A stretch of DNA of 64,000 nt from an uncultured Eubacteriales bacterium. GTDB taxonomy: Bacteria > Bacillota > Clostridia > Oscillospirales > QAKW01. Shown in pieces: positions 9,316 through 19,852 of the stretch (positions within the stretch are counted from its first letter, which is position 1; the number at the start of each line of letters is the position of its first letter). The stretch spans positions 3,710-67,709 of the forward strand of contig CABULU010000003.1 of NCBI GenBank assembly GCA_902492505.1. The letters are read 5' to 3'. The notes beneath the pieces are model-generated. The model was not told where the DNA came from and made no database searches. It saw nothing but the letters and a program-made list of their open reading frames with translations. The position numbers and the translations under genes were made by a program.

Positions 9316-10041
9316 TCACAACGTCTTTAAATAATTGACTTCCTTTTCAGTCAGCTTTCTGTACTGACCCGAATTCAGACTGCCGATGGACAGCCTCCCT
9401 ATCCTCTCGCGCTTAAGACGCAGCACCTCTAAGCCGAGCGCCTCGCACATTCGGCGTATCTGGCGGTTTTTACCCTCATAAATTGTAATAAGCAAAACCG
9501 TCCTGTCATCCTTGAGCTCGTGAAGCTCAACATCTGCCGGCGCCGTGGTATAATCAAGCTCCGGAAGATAAACGCCGGCGCTGAGCGCACCGAGCATATC
9601 CCCGCTGACTTTGCCTTTGATTATCGCGCGGTAGGTTTTCGGAATATGATTTTTAGGGTGCATAAGCTTATTGGCAAGTTCACCGTCATTTGTCATAATC
9701 AACAAGCCCTCGCTGTCACGGTCCAGCCTGCCGACAGGATATAAACGCGCACGCTCCTTTTTTACAAGATCTGTCACACACTTACGCCCAAGTTCGTCCT
9801 TTACGGTTGTGACATAGCCGCGCGGCTTATACAGCATTATATAGGAATTTTCCTTTTTTCGCGGAAATATCTGCTGTCCGTCGACTCTCACGCCCGTTGT
9901 ATCAGATGCCACCTTGTCGCCGATAACAGCACATTTGCCGCCGACTGTTACACGCCCCGCTTCTATCAGTTTTTCAGCGGATCGGCGCGAACAGACTCCG
10001 CTGTCTGCAAGAAACTTTTGCAGCCGTATAAATTCTGTCAT
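9316..10041 (-). CDS. rluB: rRNA pseudouridine synthase (RsuA/RluB family)
   Basis: 241 aa. S4 domain (RLQKFLADSGVCSRR) plus catalytic GRLDRDSEGLL motif. Confidence 0.9.
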   Translation of the reverse strand: MTEFIRLQKFLADSGVCSRRSAEKLIEAGRVTVGGKCAVIGDKVASDTTGVRVDGQQIFPRKKENSYIMLYKPRGYVTTVKDELGRKCVTDLVKKERARLYPVGRLDRDSEGLLIMTNDGELANKLMHPKNHIPKTYRAIIKGKVSGDMLGALSAGVYLPELDYTTAPADVELHELKDDRTVLLITIYEGKNRQIRRMCEALGLEVLRLKRERIGRLSIGSLNSGQYRKLTEKEVNYLKTL

Positions 10042-10066
10042 TTTATATGTCCTTTATTATATTTTA

Positions 10067-11212
10067 TTAAAATAATTCTTTAAAAAAGTTCTTTATCGCA
10101 TTAATTATTCTCGTAAAAAGCAGCTCTTTTCTCTGCTGCGGCGCTTCTATCGCCTCCGCAATACACAGCTCATCCTGCGCCGCCGGCTGTCCGTTGATAA
10201 AAAAGCTGACACTGCCTACAACGTCTCCCGCTGATTTTGGTGCATAGACAAATTTTTCCGCCTTTATGACACTTGAAACAGAACTTTCCTCAAAGACAAC
10301 CACACTTAAATCGTTTTTATTTACAGCGGTAACCGCAGCGCCATCGGGCGTATGCAGTTCAACCGAAATTTCACCGGCATTGGCAAGGCTGATTCTGCGC
10401 GCCTTTGAAAAACCGTAATCAAATGCCGACATATGATCATTCCAATCGTCACCGTCGTTCAGCGTAACGCATATAAGAGTTACGCCGTCGCGCTGCGCCG
10501 CACTGACAAGACACCTGCCCGCTTTCTTGGTAAAACCGGTTTTTACCCCTATTGTGCTGTCATACATATAAAGCAGCTTATTATGATTTTTCAGAGTACG
10601 CCCGTTTGGATTATTATTATACGGCACCTTGGCCGATTCCGAGGACACGATTTCCCTGAACGTGTTATTTTCAAGCGCATGCGCCGTAATTATCGCAAGC
10701 TCCCGTGCTGTAGTATAATGGCTGTCATCCGGAAGACCGGAGGGATTTGCAAAATTGGTATCATGCAGACCGAGTGACGCCGCGCGCTCATTCATCATTT
10801 CCACAAACCGCTGCTCACTGCCGCCCACATGAATTGCAAGCGCCACCGCAGCGTCGTTGCCGGAGGTGAGCATCAAACCGTAAAGCAGGTCGCGCACAGA
10901 CAGCGTTTCGCCTGCGATCAGATACATTGACGAGCCCTCAACACCGCATGCCTGCGCCGGTATAACGACGTTTGCATTAAGGTCGGCGTTTTCCAAAACA
11001 ACAAGCGCCGTCATAATTTTGGTAGTGCTTGCCATAGGCAAAACCTTATTGCAGTTAATATCTATAAGTATCGTCTCAGTTGACTCCTCCATGAGTATCA
11101 TGGAACGGGCGCTGTACGCACCGGCACTGAAAGGAATGCCGAAAGATATTGCCATCACCGACAAAAATATAACCGTATATCTTGTGCAACGTATAAATAT
11201 GTATTTTATCAC
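10067..11212 (-). CDS. D-alanyl-D-alanine carboxypeptidase (low-MW PBP, peptidase S11)
   Basis: 381 aa. Signal peptide, SxxK (ASTTK), SxN (TSGND), KTG (VKTGFT). Confidence 0.9.
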   Translation of the reverse strand: MIKYIFIRCTRYTVIFLSVMAISFGIPFSAGAYSARSMILMEESTETILIDINCNKVLPMASTTKIMTALVVLENADLNANVVIPAQACGVEGSSMYLIAGETLSVRDLLYGLMLTSGNDAAVALAIHVGGSEQRFVEMMNERAASLGLHDTNFANPSGLPDDSHYTTARELAIITAHALENNTFREIVSSESAKVPYNNNPNGRTLKNHNKLLYMYDSTIGVKTGFTKKAGRCLVSAAQRDGVTLICVTLNDGDDWNDHMSAFDYGFSKARRISLANAGEISVELHTPDGAAVTAVNKNDLSVVVFEESSVSSVIKAEKFVYAPKSAGDVVGSVSFFINGQPAAQDELCIAEAIEAPQQRKELLFTRIINAIKNFFKELF

Positions 11213-11269
11213 CGTAAACCACCTGTCAATTTATTCTATTGGCAGGTGGCCTAAGTTATTCGTAATTAT

Positions 11270-11662
11270 CTATAATTGAGCGCTGTCGTTTTTATCTTCC
11301 TTTTTCTTTGATATAAGCGCACTTATCTGATCAATAAGCTCAGGAATCTTAGTAAATATTTTATCAGTCTGGTCGGGGGTATCGGTTACATTCACAAGAC
11401 GTACATTTCCGTCCGTTATAACAAGAAACGCAACAGGGGAAATCTTTATTCCGCCGCCTGCACCGCCGCCGAAATTATCCGACGACGGGGCTTTACCGAA
11501 GCTTGAGCCGCCCGAAACAAAGCCCATTGATACCTTTGACACGGGAATCACGGTTGTACTGTCCGAAATATTAATCGGGTTGCCGACAACGCTGTCAACG
11601 TCTATCATTTTTTTAAGACCGTCAATTGCATTATTCAAAACCTGCTCTACATGCTCTGCCAT
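11270..11662 (-). CDS. ytfJ: sporulation protein YtfJ (GerW family)
   Basis: 130 aa. IPVSKVSMGFVSGGS...GGGAGGGIKISPVAFLVI pattern typical of YtfJ/GerW. Confidence 0.85.
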   Translation of the reverse strand: MAEHVEQVLNNAIDGLKKMIDVDSVVGNPINISDSTTVIPVSKVSMGFVSGGSSFGKAPSSDNFGGGAGGGIKISPVAFLVITDGNVRLVNVTDTPDQTDKIFTKIPELIDQISALISKKKEDKNDSAQL

Positions 11663-11675
11663 TTTTACTCTCCTT

Positions 11676-12257
11676 TTATTCCTTTGATTTTATTGTACCA
11701 TCTATTGCAAATAATATCAAGCCGATAAGCAATTTATACAAAAACGTTCTGAATATAATATCTATATAAACATCGGTTTTATCTGCGCTGTAATCGGCAG
11801 CTATATTGATATCACGCATATCAACCTCAAAAAGAGCATTCAATGCCGAAATAATTGTAAAGGCAGCTGCGTTTATACCCCCGAAAAGCAAGGCAGTTGT
11901 GCATGGGTCATCGGACGCCACGGTGATATCAGCCTTAAAACGCTTTATACGAAATGCTTTTAAAATATGCATTTTTGCAGAAATCAGCATATCCTTATAA
12001 TCATTAAGCTTAGTTAAAAATCCACGGCCATCTGTTTTAATCCTTCGATTTTTTTGCTTTTTTTTGGCTGAGTGCTTTGAAGACTTTTTCGGTTTTGAGG
12101 ATTTTTTATCGGCGCCGAATTTTTTGACAGGAATACGGAACTTAACAAACAAAACCCGCACCGCAATCCGAAATTCACCGTCATAATATGCGTACAGATA
12201 TACCGGGCAGAAAAGCAGCAAGGCAACAAATGCCGGCAAAAGCCACCACCACATCAT
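11676..12257 (-). CDS. DUF2953 (YtfI-like) sporulation-associated membrane protein
   Basis: 193 aa. N-terminal TM segment and Lys-rich linker. Sits immediately upstream of ytfJ, as ytfI-ytfJ does in Bacillus. Family call rests on position and general pattern. Confidence 0.55.
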   Translation of the reverse strand: MMWWWLLPAFVALLLFCPVYLYAYYDGEFRIAVRVLFVKFRIPVKKFGADKKSSKPKKSSKHSAKKKQKNRRIKTDGRGFLTKLNDYKDMLISAKMHILKAFRIKRFKADITVASDDPCTTALLFGGINAAAFTIISALNALFEVDMRDINIAADYSADKTDVYIDIIFRTFLYKLLIGLILFAIDGTIKSKE

Positions 12258-12832
12258 ATGGGAAGCACCTGCTGCGCGTCGTCCGGTTCAAGTGATGACG
12301 TCTGTTCATCCTCCGGCAGCGTTACTCCCGCAAGCTTTGGTAAATCCTCTATCGACTCCAAGCCGAAACAGCGAAGAAAATCAGCAGTTGTACCGTAGAG
12401 GTGAGGGCGTCCGGGAGCATCCAGTCTGCCGCGTTCTTCAACAAGACCCTTTTCGATTAGTGAATTTATCCCGTAAAAGCAGTCCACGCCGCGAATCTGC
12501 TCAATATAACCCTTTGTGACCGGCTGATTATATGCAATAACCGCAAGAATTTCCATCGCAGCATTTGACAACGGAGTATTTCGCCTGTGGTCCAGTGCTC
12601 GGCGTGTAATCTCGCCGTAAAACGCACGCGTTGACATTTGAAAGCATGTATTCAGCTTTAGTATTTCAAATCCGCGCTGATTTTCAGCGTAATACTCGTT
12701 CAGACCGTAAACGACATTTTCGAGAGTGTGCACATCCGTCTCAAGCGTCTGTGCAAGCTTTTCCCGCTCAATCGGCTCTCCGCTTGCAAACAATATAGCC
12801 TCCAGAGCACCTGTCATATAATTAAATTCCAT
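12254..12832 (-). CDS. scpB: segregation and condensation protein B
   Basis: 192 aa. LEAILFASGEPI and ILAVIAYNQPVTKGYIEQIRGV winged-helix repeats. Overlaps scpA by 11 nt. Confidence 0.9.
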   Translation of the reverse strand: MEFNYMTGALEAILFASGEPIEREKLAQTLETDVHTLENVVYGLNEYYAENQRGFEILKLNTCFQMSTRAFYGEITRRALDHRRNTPLSNAAMEILAVIAYNQPVTKGYIEQIRGVDCFYGINSLIEKGLVEERGRLDAPGRPHLYGTTADFLRCFGLESIEDLPKLAGVTLPEDEQTSSLEPDDAQQVLPI

Positions 12833-13550
12833 CTGTACCTTTCCTCTCGCTTACGTCAATATATATTTCGCCGGCACTGTCGCTTACGGTAATACGCTCG
12901 TTTTTTGTAAGCTCCAATACCGCAAGAAAGGTCGCAACTATATCCGAGCGAGACTTTGAAAACTTAAACAGTGACTTAAAGCTCACGTGTCTGCCGCGCG
13001 ACAGAATACGCAAAACGGTGAATATCTTAGTCTTAACCGAAGCTATTTGTCTCCCGACAATACCCTTGAAATTCTTTATAGGCGACGTATTGATATATTC
13101 AAAGCGACGCGAAGCATTCAGATAAGCTTCATTCAGCTTGGATATATCGTATACCCTTGTATGTTTTTTATCAAATTCCACCGTCATCATCCGGCGGGTA
13201 AATTTAATTCCGGCAGTCTCATTCAGCTCACGCAGCTTAGGCAAAACTTCTTTATACCTTTTATATTCGGCAAGCGAGCGCGCAAGCTGTTCACGCGGGT
13301 CTTCCTCTTCCTCAGGAGGCTTTGGCAGCAGCATTTTGGATTTTATATACATGAGATTTGCAGCCATTTCGATAAATTCGCTGGAAACCTCAAGATCCAT
13401 TCTCTTCAGATCGTCGATATACTCCATATACTGCTCTAAAATAAGTGAAATAGGAATATCGTAAACAGAAACCTTATTTTTTGATATAAGATGCAAAAGA
13501 AGATCGAGCGGACCGTCAAAAACCTCAAGCTTAAATACCGGACGTTCCAT
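12822..13550 (-). CDS. scpA: segregation and condensation protein A
   Basis: 242 aa. FDGPLDLLLHLI N-terminal kleisin motif. Confidence 0.9.
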   Translation of the reverse strand: MERPVFKLEVFDGPLDLLLHLISKNKVSVYDIPISLILEQYMEYIDDLKRMDLEVSSEFIEMAANLMYIKSKMLLPKPPEEEEDPREQLARSLAEYKRYKEVLPKLRELNETAGIKFTRRMMTVEFDKKHTRVYDISKLNEAYLNASRRFEYINTSPIKNFKGIVGRQIASVKTKIFTVLRILSRGRHVSFKSLFKFSKSRSDIVATFLAVLELTKNERITVSDSAGEIYIDVSERKGTDGI

Positions 13551-13565
13551 AATAAGCTGACCCCC

Positions 13566-14264
13566 CTATGCAAACAGAAGGCCTGCAATAAACCCGGCAG
13601 GAATTCTCCATACAACGGTAAGACCTTCAAACAGAGTGCCCTGAACTGTACCTATGGCTTGAGAAATAAAATCGGTCGTAATAACCAAAACAAAAAATAC
13701 TATATAAATATACTGTCCGTAGCGACGGATAAAATCATTGAACTTATCCGGCATAAAAAACCCTAAAATACGCGATCCGTCTAAAGGATATACCGGTATA
13801 AGGTTAAACACGGCAAGTCCGAGATTTATTATCGTCATATAGTAAAAAAACATCATAGCAACAAACAGTATTCTCGAAAAAGATGAATAATAGTAAGCAT
13901 AATTGAAAAACACTGCAAAAAATGAGCTTATAACCGCCAAAACAAGATTGGAAACAGGTCCGGCGGCAGCAGTCACCATCATGCCCTTTTTCGGTTCTTT
14001 AAAGTAAAGCGGGTTTACGGGTACCGGCTTTGCCCAGCCGAAATGAATAATAATCATCATAAGCAGACCCAGCGGGTCAATATGCTTTAACGGATTGAGC
14101 GTAAGTCTTCCCGCATCCTTTGCGGTGGGGTCTCCCAGCTTATACGCTGCATAGCCGTGAGCGCACTCATGAAAGGTCAGCGAGATAAAAACGACCGGTA
14201 CAATATAAAGTGCATCCTTCAAGTATGCAAGCAATGTATTTCCTAAATTTGTAAATATATCCAT
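13566..14264 (-). CDS. site-2 protease family (M50) membrane metalloprotease
   Basis: 232 aa, polytopic. HECAHG (HExxH) and YPLDGSR motifs. Confidence 0.8.
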   Translation of the reverse strand: MDIFTNLGNTLLAYLKDALYIVPVVFISLTFHECAHGYAAYKLGDPTAKDAGRLTLNPLKHIDPLGLLMMIIIHFGWAKPVPVNPLYFKEPKKGMMVTAAAGPVSNLVLAVISSFFAVFFNYAYYYSSFSRILFVAMMFFYYMTIINLGLAVFNLIPVYPLDGSRILGFFMPDKFNDFIRRYGQYIYIVFFVLVITTDFISQAIGTVQGTLFEGLTVVWRIPAGFIAGLLFA

Positions 14265-14337
14265 GTTTAATCCTTACCACGGTATCTTTCATTATTGACT
14301 ATATTTAAATGCTTAAGTCCCATAATTTAAAATGAAT

Positions 14338-14928
14338 TCAAGAAAGTGCCGCTTCTATATGAGACAGCATCTCATCCCTGCCCTGACCGGTCTGGGATGA
14401 AAACGGAACAATAACTGCATTTTCAAAATCGTATACCCTGCGCAGCCGTTCAAGATTTTTCAGCGCGGCGGTTTTAGACAGCTTATCCGCCTTTGTTGCG
14501 GCAACGATAAACGGTATTCCGACGTCGTAGAGATATCTGCCCATATCTATATCGAGATCAGATACGTCATGACGCAGATCTACAATAGAGACGGCAAGCC
14601 GCTTATCACAGCCTGAGCGGAAATAATCCTCCATAAAAATCGACCATCTGCGTTTCTCTTCATAAGACACCTTGGCATAACCGTAGCCCGGAAGATCAAC
14701 GAAATATACTTTCCCGTCAACATCATAGAAATTTATCGTAGCTGTCTTCCCCGGCCTTGCGGATGTGCGCGCAAGCGATTTTCTGTTCAGCAGGCGGTTA
14801 ATCATAGAACTCTTACCGACATTTGAGCGCCCGCAGAATACAATATGCGGAAGATCGCTTAAAAACTGCGACTTTTTAACAGCCGAAATTTTTAAGGATA
14901 CATTATTTAAATTAAGCTCCATAAGCAC
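14338..14928 (-). CDS. engB: ribosome biogenesis GTPase EngB/YsxC
   Basis: 196 aa. G1 GRSNVGKSS, G3 DLPGYG, G4 TKADK. Immediately downstream of lon, as in Bacillus. Confidence 0.9.
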   Translation of the reverse strand: MLMELNLNNVSLKISAVKKSQFLSDLPHIVFCGRSNVGKSSMINRLLNRKSLARTSARPGKTATINFYDVDGKVYFVDLPGYGYAKVSYEEKRRWSIFMEDYFRSGCDKRLAVSIVDLRHDVSDLDIDMGRYLYDVGIPFIVAATKADKLSKTAALKNLERLRRVYDFENAVIVPFSSQTGQGRDEMLSHIEAALS

Positions 14929-14933
14929 CTCTA

Positions 14934-17360
14934 TCAGTTAAGTACCGCCGCCGGCTTACTTTTTGCACCGACCGGGCTTTCCGAGACAGGCAGACTCCCG
15001 CGGGAGGACTTGACAACAGTTTCAAGCGCTGTGCGAAAAACCTCGTCCACCTTTTTAACTGCGACAAAGTTAATATTTTCATAAACGGTTTTATCTATTT
15101 CTTTAAGATCGGGAAGGTTACCGTAAGGTATAATCACGGTTGTCACGCCGTTTTTATATGCCGCCATCGTTTTTTCCTTCAACCCGCCTATCGGAAGAAC
15201 TCTGCCCGTAAGCGTAATTTCACCCGTCATTGCAACTGTATTTCTGACCGGGGTCAAGCTAAGCGCAGACGCCAGTGCCGTTGCAATCGCAATTCCCGCA
15301 GAAGGTCCGTCTTTTGGCACGGCGCCCTCAGGGAAGTGAACATGTATATCACGGTTTTTATAAAAATCCGCATCAATATCATAGATAGATGCTACCGAAC
15401 GGATATAAGACACCGCCGCACGCACGCTTTCCTTCATCACATCGCCCAAGCTGCCGGTGCAGTCAATTTTTCCGCTGCCCTCCAGCACCGAAACCTCAAC
15501 GTTTAAAAGCTCGCCGCCCACACTTGTCCAGGCAAGTCCGTTGACAACGCCTATCATTCCGTCCTCATACAGCGGTTCATCGCGAAATTTGCGAGTACCG
15601 AGAAATTTTTCAATATTTTTAGCGCTGATCCGCACCGATTTGCTCTCTCCGGATACTATTATGCGCGCAGCGCGGCGCATAATCTCGGAGATTTTTCGTT
15701 CAAGCTCACGCACACCCGATTCTCTTGTGTAGCATGAGATTATCTCCGGCACCGCCGTCTTGTCAAAGCGCACCTGCGACGCTTTAAGACCCGCTGCCTT
15801 AAGCTGCTTCGGAATAAGAAACTTTTCGGCAATACTTGTCTTTTCAGTATCAAGATAGCTTGAAATTTCAACAATATCCATACGATCCAAAAGCGGGCGC
15901 GGAATCGTATCAAGCGTATTTGCGGTCGCTATAAAAAACACATCGGACAGGTCAAGCGGTATATCAAGATAATGATCTTCAAAGTTTACGTTTTGTTCCC
16001 CGTCAAGCACCTCCAGCAGTGCGCTGGCAGGGTCGCCGTGAAAATCGGAACAAAGCTTGTCTATTTCATCAAGAAGCAACAGCGGATTCATACTTCCCGC
16101 TTTACGCACAGCGGCGGCAATCCTTCCCGGCATAGACCCTATATATGTACGGCGGTGACCGCGGATTTCCGCCTCATCGCGCACACCGCCCAGAGCAATG
16201 CGAGCATAAGTTCTGTTCATAGCCTTTGCAATGCTTTTGGCAACCGACGTTTTACCCACACCGGGAGGTCCGACAAGACAAAGAATCTGCCCTCGGTCTC
16301 CGCTCAGAGCGCGCACCGCAAGATGTTCCAGCACAAGGCGCTTGACCTTTTCCATACCGTAATGGTCTTTATTAAGCACATTTTCGGCAAGAGACAGGTC
16401 GGTATTTAGCTGAGTCTTTACACCAAACGGCATATCCAGCACAGTGTCAAGATACGTTTCGATAACTGAGCCCTCATGAGACATGGGCGGCATTTTACTC
16501 AGCCGTTCCAACTCCTTATAAAGCTTTTCCTTTACTTCCTCTGAAGCGTTTAACGCTTCTATTTTATTACTGTAATCACCCAGAGAATCGTCATACTGCT
16601 CGTCCTCGCCCAACTCGCTGCGGATTGCCTTTAGCTGCTCTTTCAGATAGTACTCACGCTGATTGCTGTCAATCTGCTCTTTTACGCGAAGGGCAATCTC
16701 ACGCTCCATTTTCAGAACTTCAATTTCCGACTGCAGACTGTCAATAAGAAACGCAGCACGCTCATACGGATTTATCATTTCCAGCAGCTTCTGCTTTATA
16801 TCGTAACCCATAAACGTATTACCGGCTATGATATCCGACAAAACACCGAGGTCATTTTCCGCAACAACCGAGGCGAACACGTCCTCACCTGGTCTTGGGA
16901 TATATTCGCTGTACTCTTCAAAAAGCTCCTTAAGCATGCGAAGTGACGCTTTCTGCTCAACACTGACAGCTGTACCGGGCAACTCGTCAAGGCGCATGGC
17001 ATACGTATTGAGGCAGCCCCTGTCACTGTAAATCTGCGTAAGCTGAACACGGTCAACACCCTTAACCAGCACACGCAGGCTGTTCTCGTTTACTTTAACC
17101 ACCTGCTTAACCTTGACAAGCGTACCGATATCAAACATATTATCAGACGCAGGCTCGTCCTCCGAAATATCCTTTTGTGATGAAAGAACAAGCATACGAC
17201 CGTTATGCATAGCCGTTTCAATTGCTCTTACAGAGCTTTTTCTGCCTACGTCAAAGCTGACCTTAACGTCCGGCATTACCACAAGTCCGCGCGTGGCAAG
17301 CAACGGATACAGCCGCAGTGGATTTTTAGTTTCGTATATATCAATTTTATCTGACATCAT
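14934..17360 (-). CDS. lon: ATP-dependent Lon protease
   Basis: 808 aa. LON N-domain, Walker [11 protein letters not shown]-terminal protease domain with DGPSAG catalytic Ser. Confidence 0.95.
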   Translation of the reverse strand: MMSDKIDIYETKNPLRLYPLLATRGLVVMPDVKVSFDVGRKSSVRAIETAMHNGRMLVLSSQKDISEDEPASDNMFDIGTLVKVKQVVKVNENSLRVLVKGVDRVQLTQIYSDRGCLNTYAMRLDELPGTAVSVEQKASLRMLKELFEEYSEYIPRPGEDVFASVVAENDLGVLSDIIAGNTFMGYDIKQKLLEMINPYERAAFLIDSLQSEIEVLKMEREIALRVKEQIDSNQREYYLKEQLKAIRSELGEDEQYDDSLGDYSNKIEALNASEEVKEKLYKELERLSKMPPMSHEGSVIETYLDTVLDMPFGVKTQLNTDLSLAENVLNKDHYGMEKVKRLVLEHLAVRALSGDRGQILCLVGPPGVGKTSVAKSIAKAMNRTYARIALGGVRDEAEIRGHRRTYIGSMPGRIAAAVRKAGSMNPLLLLDEIDKLCSDFHGDPASALLEVLDGEQNVNFEDHYLDIPLDLSDVFFIATANTLDTIPRPLLDRMDIVEISSYLDTEKTSIAEKFLIPKQLKAAGLKASQVRFDKTAVPEIISCYTRESGVRELERKISEIMRRAARIIVSGESKSVRISAKNIEKFLGTRKFRDEPLYEDGMIGVVNGLAWTSVGGELLNVEVSVLEGSGKIDCTGSLGDVMKESVRAAVSYIRSVASIYDIDADFYKNRDIHVHFPEGAVPKDGPSAGIAIATALASALSLTPVRNTVAMTGEITLTGRVLPIGGLKEKTMAAYKNGVTTVIIPYGNLPDLKEIDKTVYENINFVAVKKVDEVFRTALETVVKSSRGSLPVSESPVGAKSKPAAVLN

Positions 17361-17397
17361 AATTCCTCATTTGCAAAAGTGTATAGTTGTAAAGTAT

Positions 17398-17426
17398 ATT
17401 ATAATATATACTTAAATATAAATCAA
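17398..17426 (-). promoter_or_regulatory. candidate sigma-A promoter for lon
   Basis: Minus strand TTGATT (17426..17421), 17 nt, TATAAT (17403..17398). The region is AT-rich, so alternative matches exist. Confidence 0.4.
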
Positions 17427-17512
17427 TGATTTTTTGTAAAAGGAGCTGCGGCAAAATCTACATGTAAAATTCCCCCGCAACAATATGCTGGGGAATTATT
17501 TATACAGATCTT

Positions 17513-18433
17513 TTACTTATCGGTAAGCTTCAAAAACAGATCAGTCATCAGCCTGTCACGATTGATATTCGTAACATAGCACATCTTCTTTTTCAGCGGA
17601 TGCCTCTCATATTTAAAATTATAATCAGGCAGGAGTGTATCGGTGATTTGCGAGTACATGAACCTGTTTTCTTCATTTAACAGCCATGCAATCGCGGTAA
17701 CGTCCCAGATTACGCGCGTCCACGCCATAGACGCCTTACAGCGTTCTCCCTCGCGCACGGTATTTTCGCACAGGTAGTCCGCAAGCGGATTTTTACCTGA
17801 AAGCCAGTGTCTGAGTTCGGGTGCCGACACAGAAAATTCACTCACTACACCAAAGCATGGAAGCTGAACAAACGGCGCACTGCTGCCCATAACAACACGT
17901 GCTGCGGCAATGTCCTGCATCATATTAAACTCCTTTGTATCATGCCAGTGCCGTGCGTGACCGCCAAGCCATACAATAACGATATTATCAGCAATTTCAG
18001 GATTAAGCAGCAGTGCGGACGCAATGTTTGTAACAGCACCGATTGCCACGACATAAAGCGGATTTTCGGGACTGTAAGATGACGCAATACTCACAAGGTC
18101 GTTTACAGCGGGAGAAATGACCGGCGTTTTTTCATCTTTTAAATACCCGCGTGAACCATGCAGTACTCTTTTACACAGCTCATTCTCGTCCGCAAGCTTG
18201 AGCAAGCGCACAACTTCATCATAGCTTTTCAGCATGCCGTCCTCCGGTCCGCTTGAACGGCTGTTATAAAACGGCGCAGCGTAAATACCCTTTACGTTCA
18301 GCTTATTCTTATACTTTAGCATATACGCAATGGCAAACTGGTCATCAATTTCATTGTATGCATCCGTATCAAGCACAATGTCTATTTGTCCCGTCGGAAC
18401 TTTAAGATTTTTCAAATACTGTTCATTTGTCAT
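17513..18433 (-). CDS. nucleoside hydrolase (inosine-uridine preferring family)
   Basis: N-terminal Asp cluster DTDAYNEIDDQFA. Start set to ATG 18433 (MTNEQY...), overlapping the upstream gene's stop by 11 nt. The ORF-track start at 18481 lies inside the upstream gene. Confidence 0.8.
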   Translation of the reverse strand: MTNEQYLKNLKVPTGQIDIVLDTDAYNEIDDQFAIAYMLKYKNKLNVKGIYAAPFYNSRSSGPEDGMLKSYDEVVRLLKLADENELCKRVLHGSRGYLKDEKTPVISPAVNDLVSIASSYSPENPLYVVAIGAVTNIASALLLNPEIADNIVIVWLGGHARHWHDTKEFNMMQDIAAARVVMGSSAPFVQLPCFGVVSEFSVSAPELRHWLSGKNPLADYLCENTVREGERCKASMAWTRVIWDVTAIAWLLNEENRFMYSQITDTLLPDYNFKYERHPLKKKMCYVTNINRDRLMTDLFLKLTDK

Positions 18434-19667
18434 GTTTTTCGTCCTGCTTTCTTTTTCTGTATTCAAGCGGAGTACAGCCATATTCTCTGTAAAACGCTTT
18501 TCGCATAAAGCTTTCGTTATTATATCCGGTGCGCGCTATCAGTTCAGAGACGCAAAGCTCCGTCTCCTTTAGCAAAGCGGCAAGCGTGCGGCAGCGCGCG
18601 CTGAGCAAAAGCTCAGAAAAGGATGCGCCAATATTGTTTTTAAGCCATCTGCCAGTATAAGACGGGCAATATCCAAGCTGCGCGGCAAGCCCTCCAAGCG
18701 TAGCGTCACTCAAATGGTTTTCAAAATACGCTTTAACCGTTCGTTTTTTCTGTTCTATATCGGAACACGCGCAGAGTTGCATCGTTTCAAGGCTTTCCTT
18801 TACTTCCTCCATGGTCGGCACAGACGGAGCAGCGCCCTTTCTCGACACCGCTATTGCCGCGGCGCATGACGCAAGGCGCAGTGATTTTTCCACCGACTTG
18901 CCACTGAAAATACCGGCTGCAAAGTAACCTGTAAAAGTATCGCCCGCCGCAGTGGTGTCTACCGCTTTTACGCAAAATGCATTTTGTTTTATACGCGTCT
19001 GTCCGTCAAAATAAATACTTCCGTTTTTACCCAATGTAAGAATTACACGCGTATTAGGATAATTCATGCGTGACCAAATTAAAAATTCCTCAGGCTCGGA
19101 AAGCCCTGAAAAGCCCTCCGCCTCTATCTCGTTTAAAATCAGATAAGATACCTGATTTAAGTCTATATTTCTGAGAGTCTGCTGAAACGGCGACGGATTA
19201 AATATAATACGCATACCCGCTGCATACGCCATTTCTATCAGATAAGGAAGCTCACTTATCTCATTTTGAATCAGCAAAAAATCACCCGCTGAAAAATCAT
19301 TCAGCACCTCATCAATATAATCACGTGTAACGGCATAGTTTGCACCGCTGTACAGCAGTATGCTGTTTTCGCCGTGCGCGTCAACCTGAATAACCGCCTG
19401 ACCTGTCCTATTCTCTACGGTTTTCAGATATTTCAGATTGACGCCGCTGTCCCGCAGGAGTTTGCGCAGCATTTGCCCGTCCTCTCCGATGCAGCCGGCA
19501 TGAAAAACCTCCGCGCCCGCTCTTGCAAGCGCTATTGACTGATTAAGACCCTTTCCTCCGGCAAAATGCTCCAGCCTGAGGGCAGCCGCTGTCTCACCCG
19601 GACGCACGATACTCTCAACCGAATAAACATAATCAATATTGCAGGAACCGAAATTAAGAATTTTCAT
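18423..19667 (-). CDS. fusion protein: PfkB-family ribokinase (about 300 aa) plus C-terminal AraC-type HTH domain (about 100 aa)
   Basis: 414 aa. Ribokinase motifs GGKGLNQS and VDTTAAGDTFTGYF. The C-terminus LSDATLGGLAAQLGYCPSYTGRWLK...ELIARTGYNNESFMRKAFYREYGCTPLEYRK is a typical AraC/XylS double HTH. Confidence 0.8.
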   Translation of the reverse strand: MKILNFGSCNIDYVYSVESIVRPGETAAALRLEHFAGGKGLNQSIALARAGAEVFHAGCIGEDGQMLRKLLRDSGVNLKYLKTVENRTGQAVIQVDAHGENSILLYSGANYAVTRDYIDEVLNDFSAGDFLLIQNEISELPYLIEMAYAAGMRIIFNPSPFQQTLRNIDLNQVSYLILNEIEAEGFSGLSEPEEFLIWSRMNYPNTRVILTLGKNGSIYFDGQTRIKQNAFCVKAVDTTAAGDTFTGYFAAGIFSGKSVEKSLRLASCAAAIAVSRKGAAPSVPTMEEVKESLETMQLCACSDIEQKKRTVKAYFENHLSDATLGGLAAQLGYCPSYTGRWLKNNIGASFSELLLSARCRTLAALLKETELCVSELIARTGYNNESFMRKAFYREYGCTPLEYRKRKQDEKHDK

Positions 19668-19698
19668 AATATTAACCGCCTATACCGTTATGATATGG

Positions 19699-19738
19699 AT
19701 TATAATACAAACGGCAATACAAAACAAGACTGTATTGC
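19699..19738 (-). promoter_or_regulatory. candidate promoter of the ribokinase-AraC gene with an 8-bp perfect inverted repeat bracketing the -35
   Basis: Minus strand TTGTTT (19727..19722), 17 nt, TATAAT (19704..19699). Inverted repeat GCAATACA (19714..19721) / TGTATTGC (19731..19738). Confidence 0.45.
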
Positions 19739-19852
19739 ATACAAAAACAGACCTTTTTACACATATAAACTATTATCTATCATGCGGCGATACTTGTCAA
19801 ACCGACAGTTTTATAGTAAAATATGATATATAGTGAGAATTCGGGAGGATTT

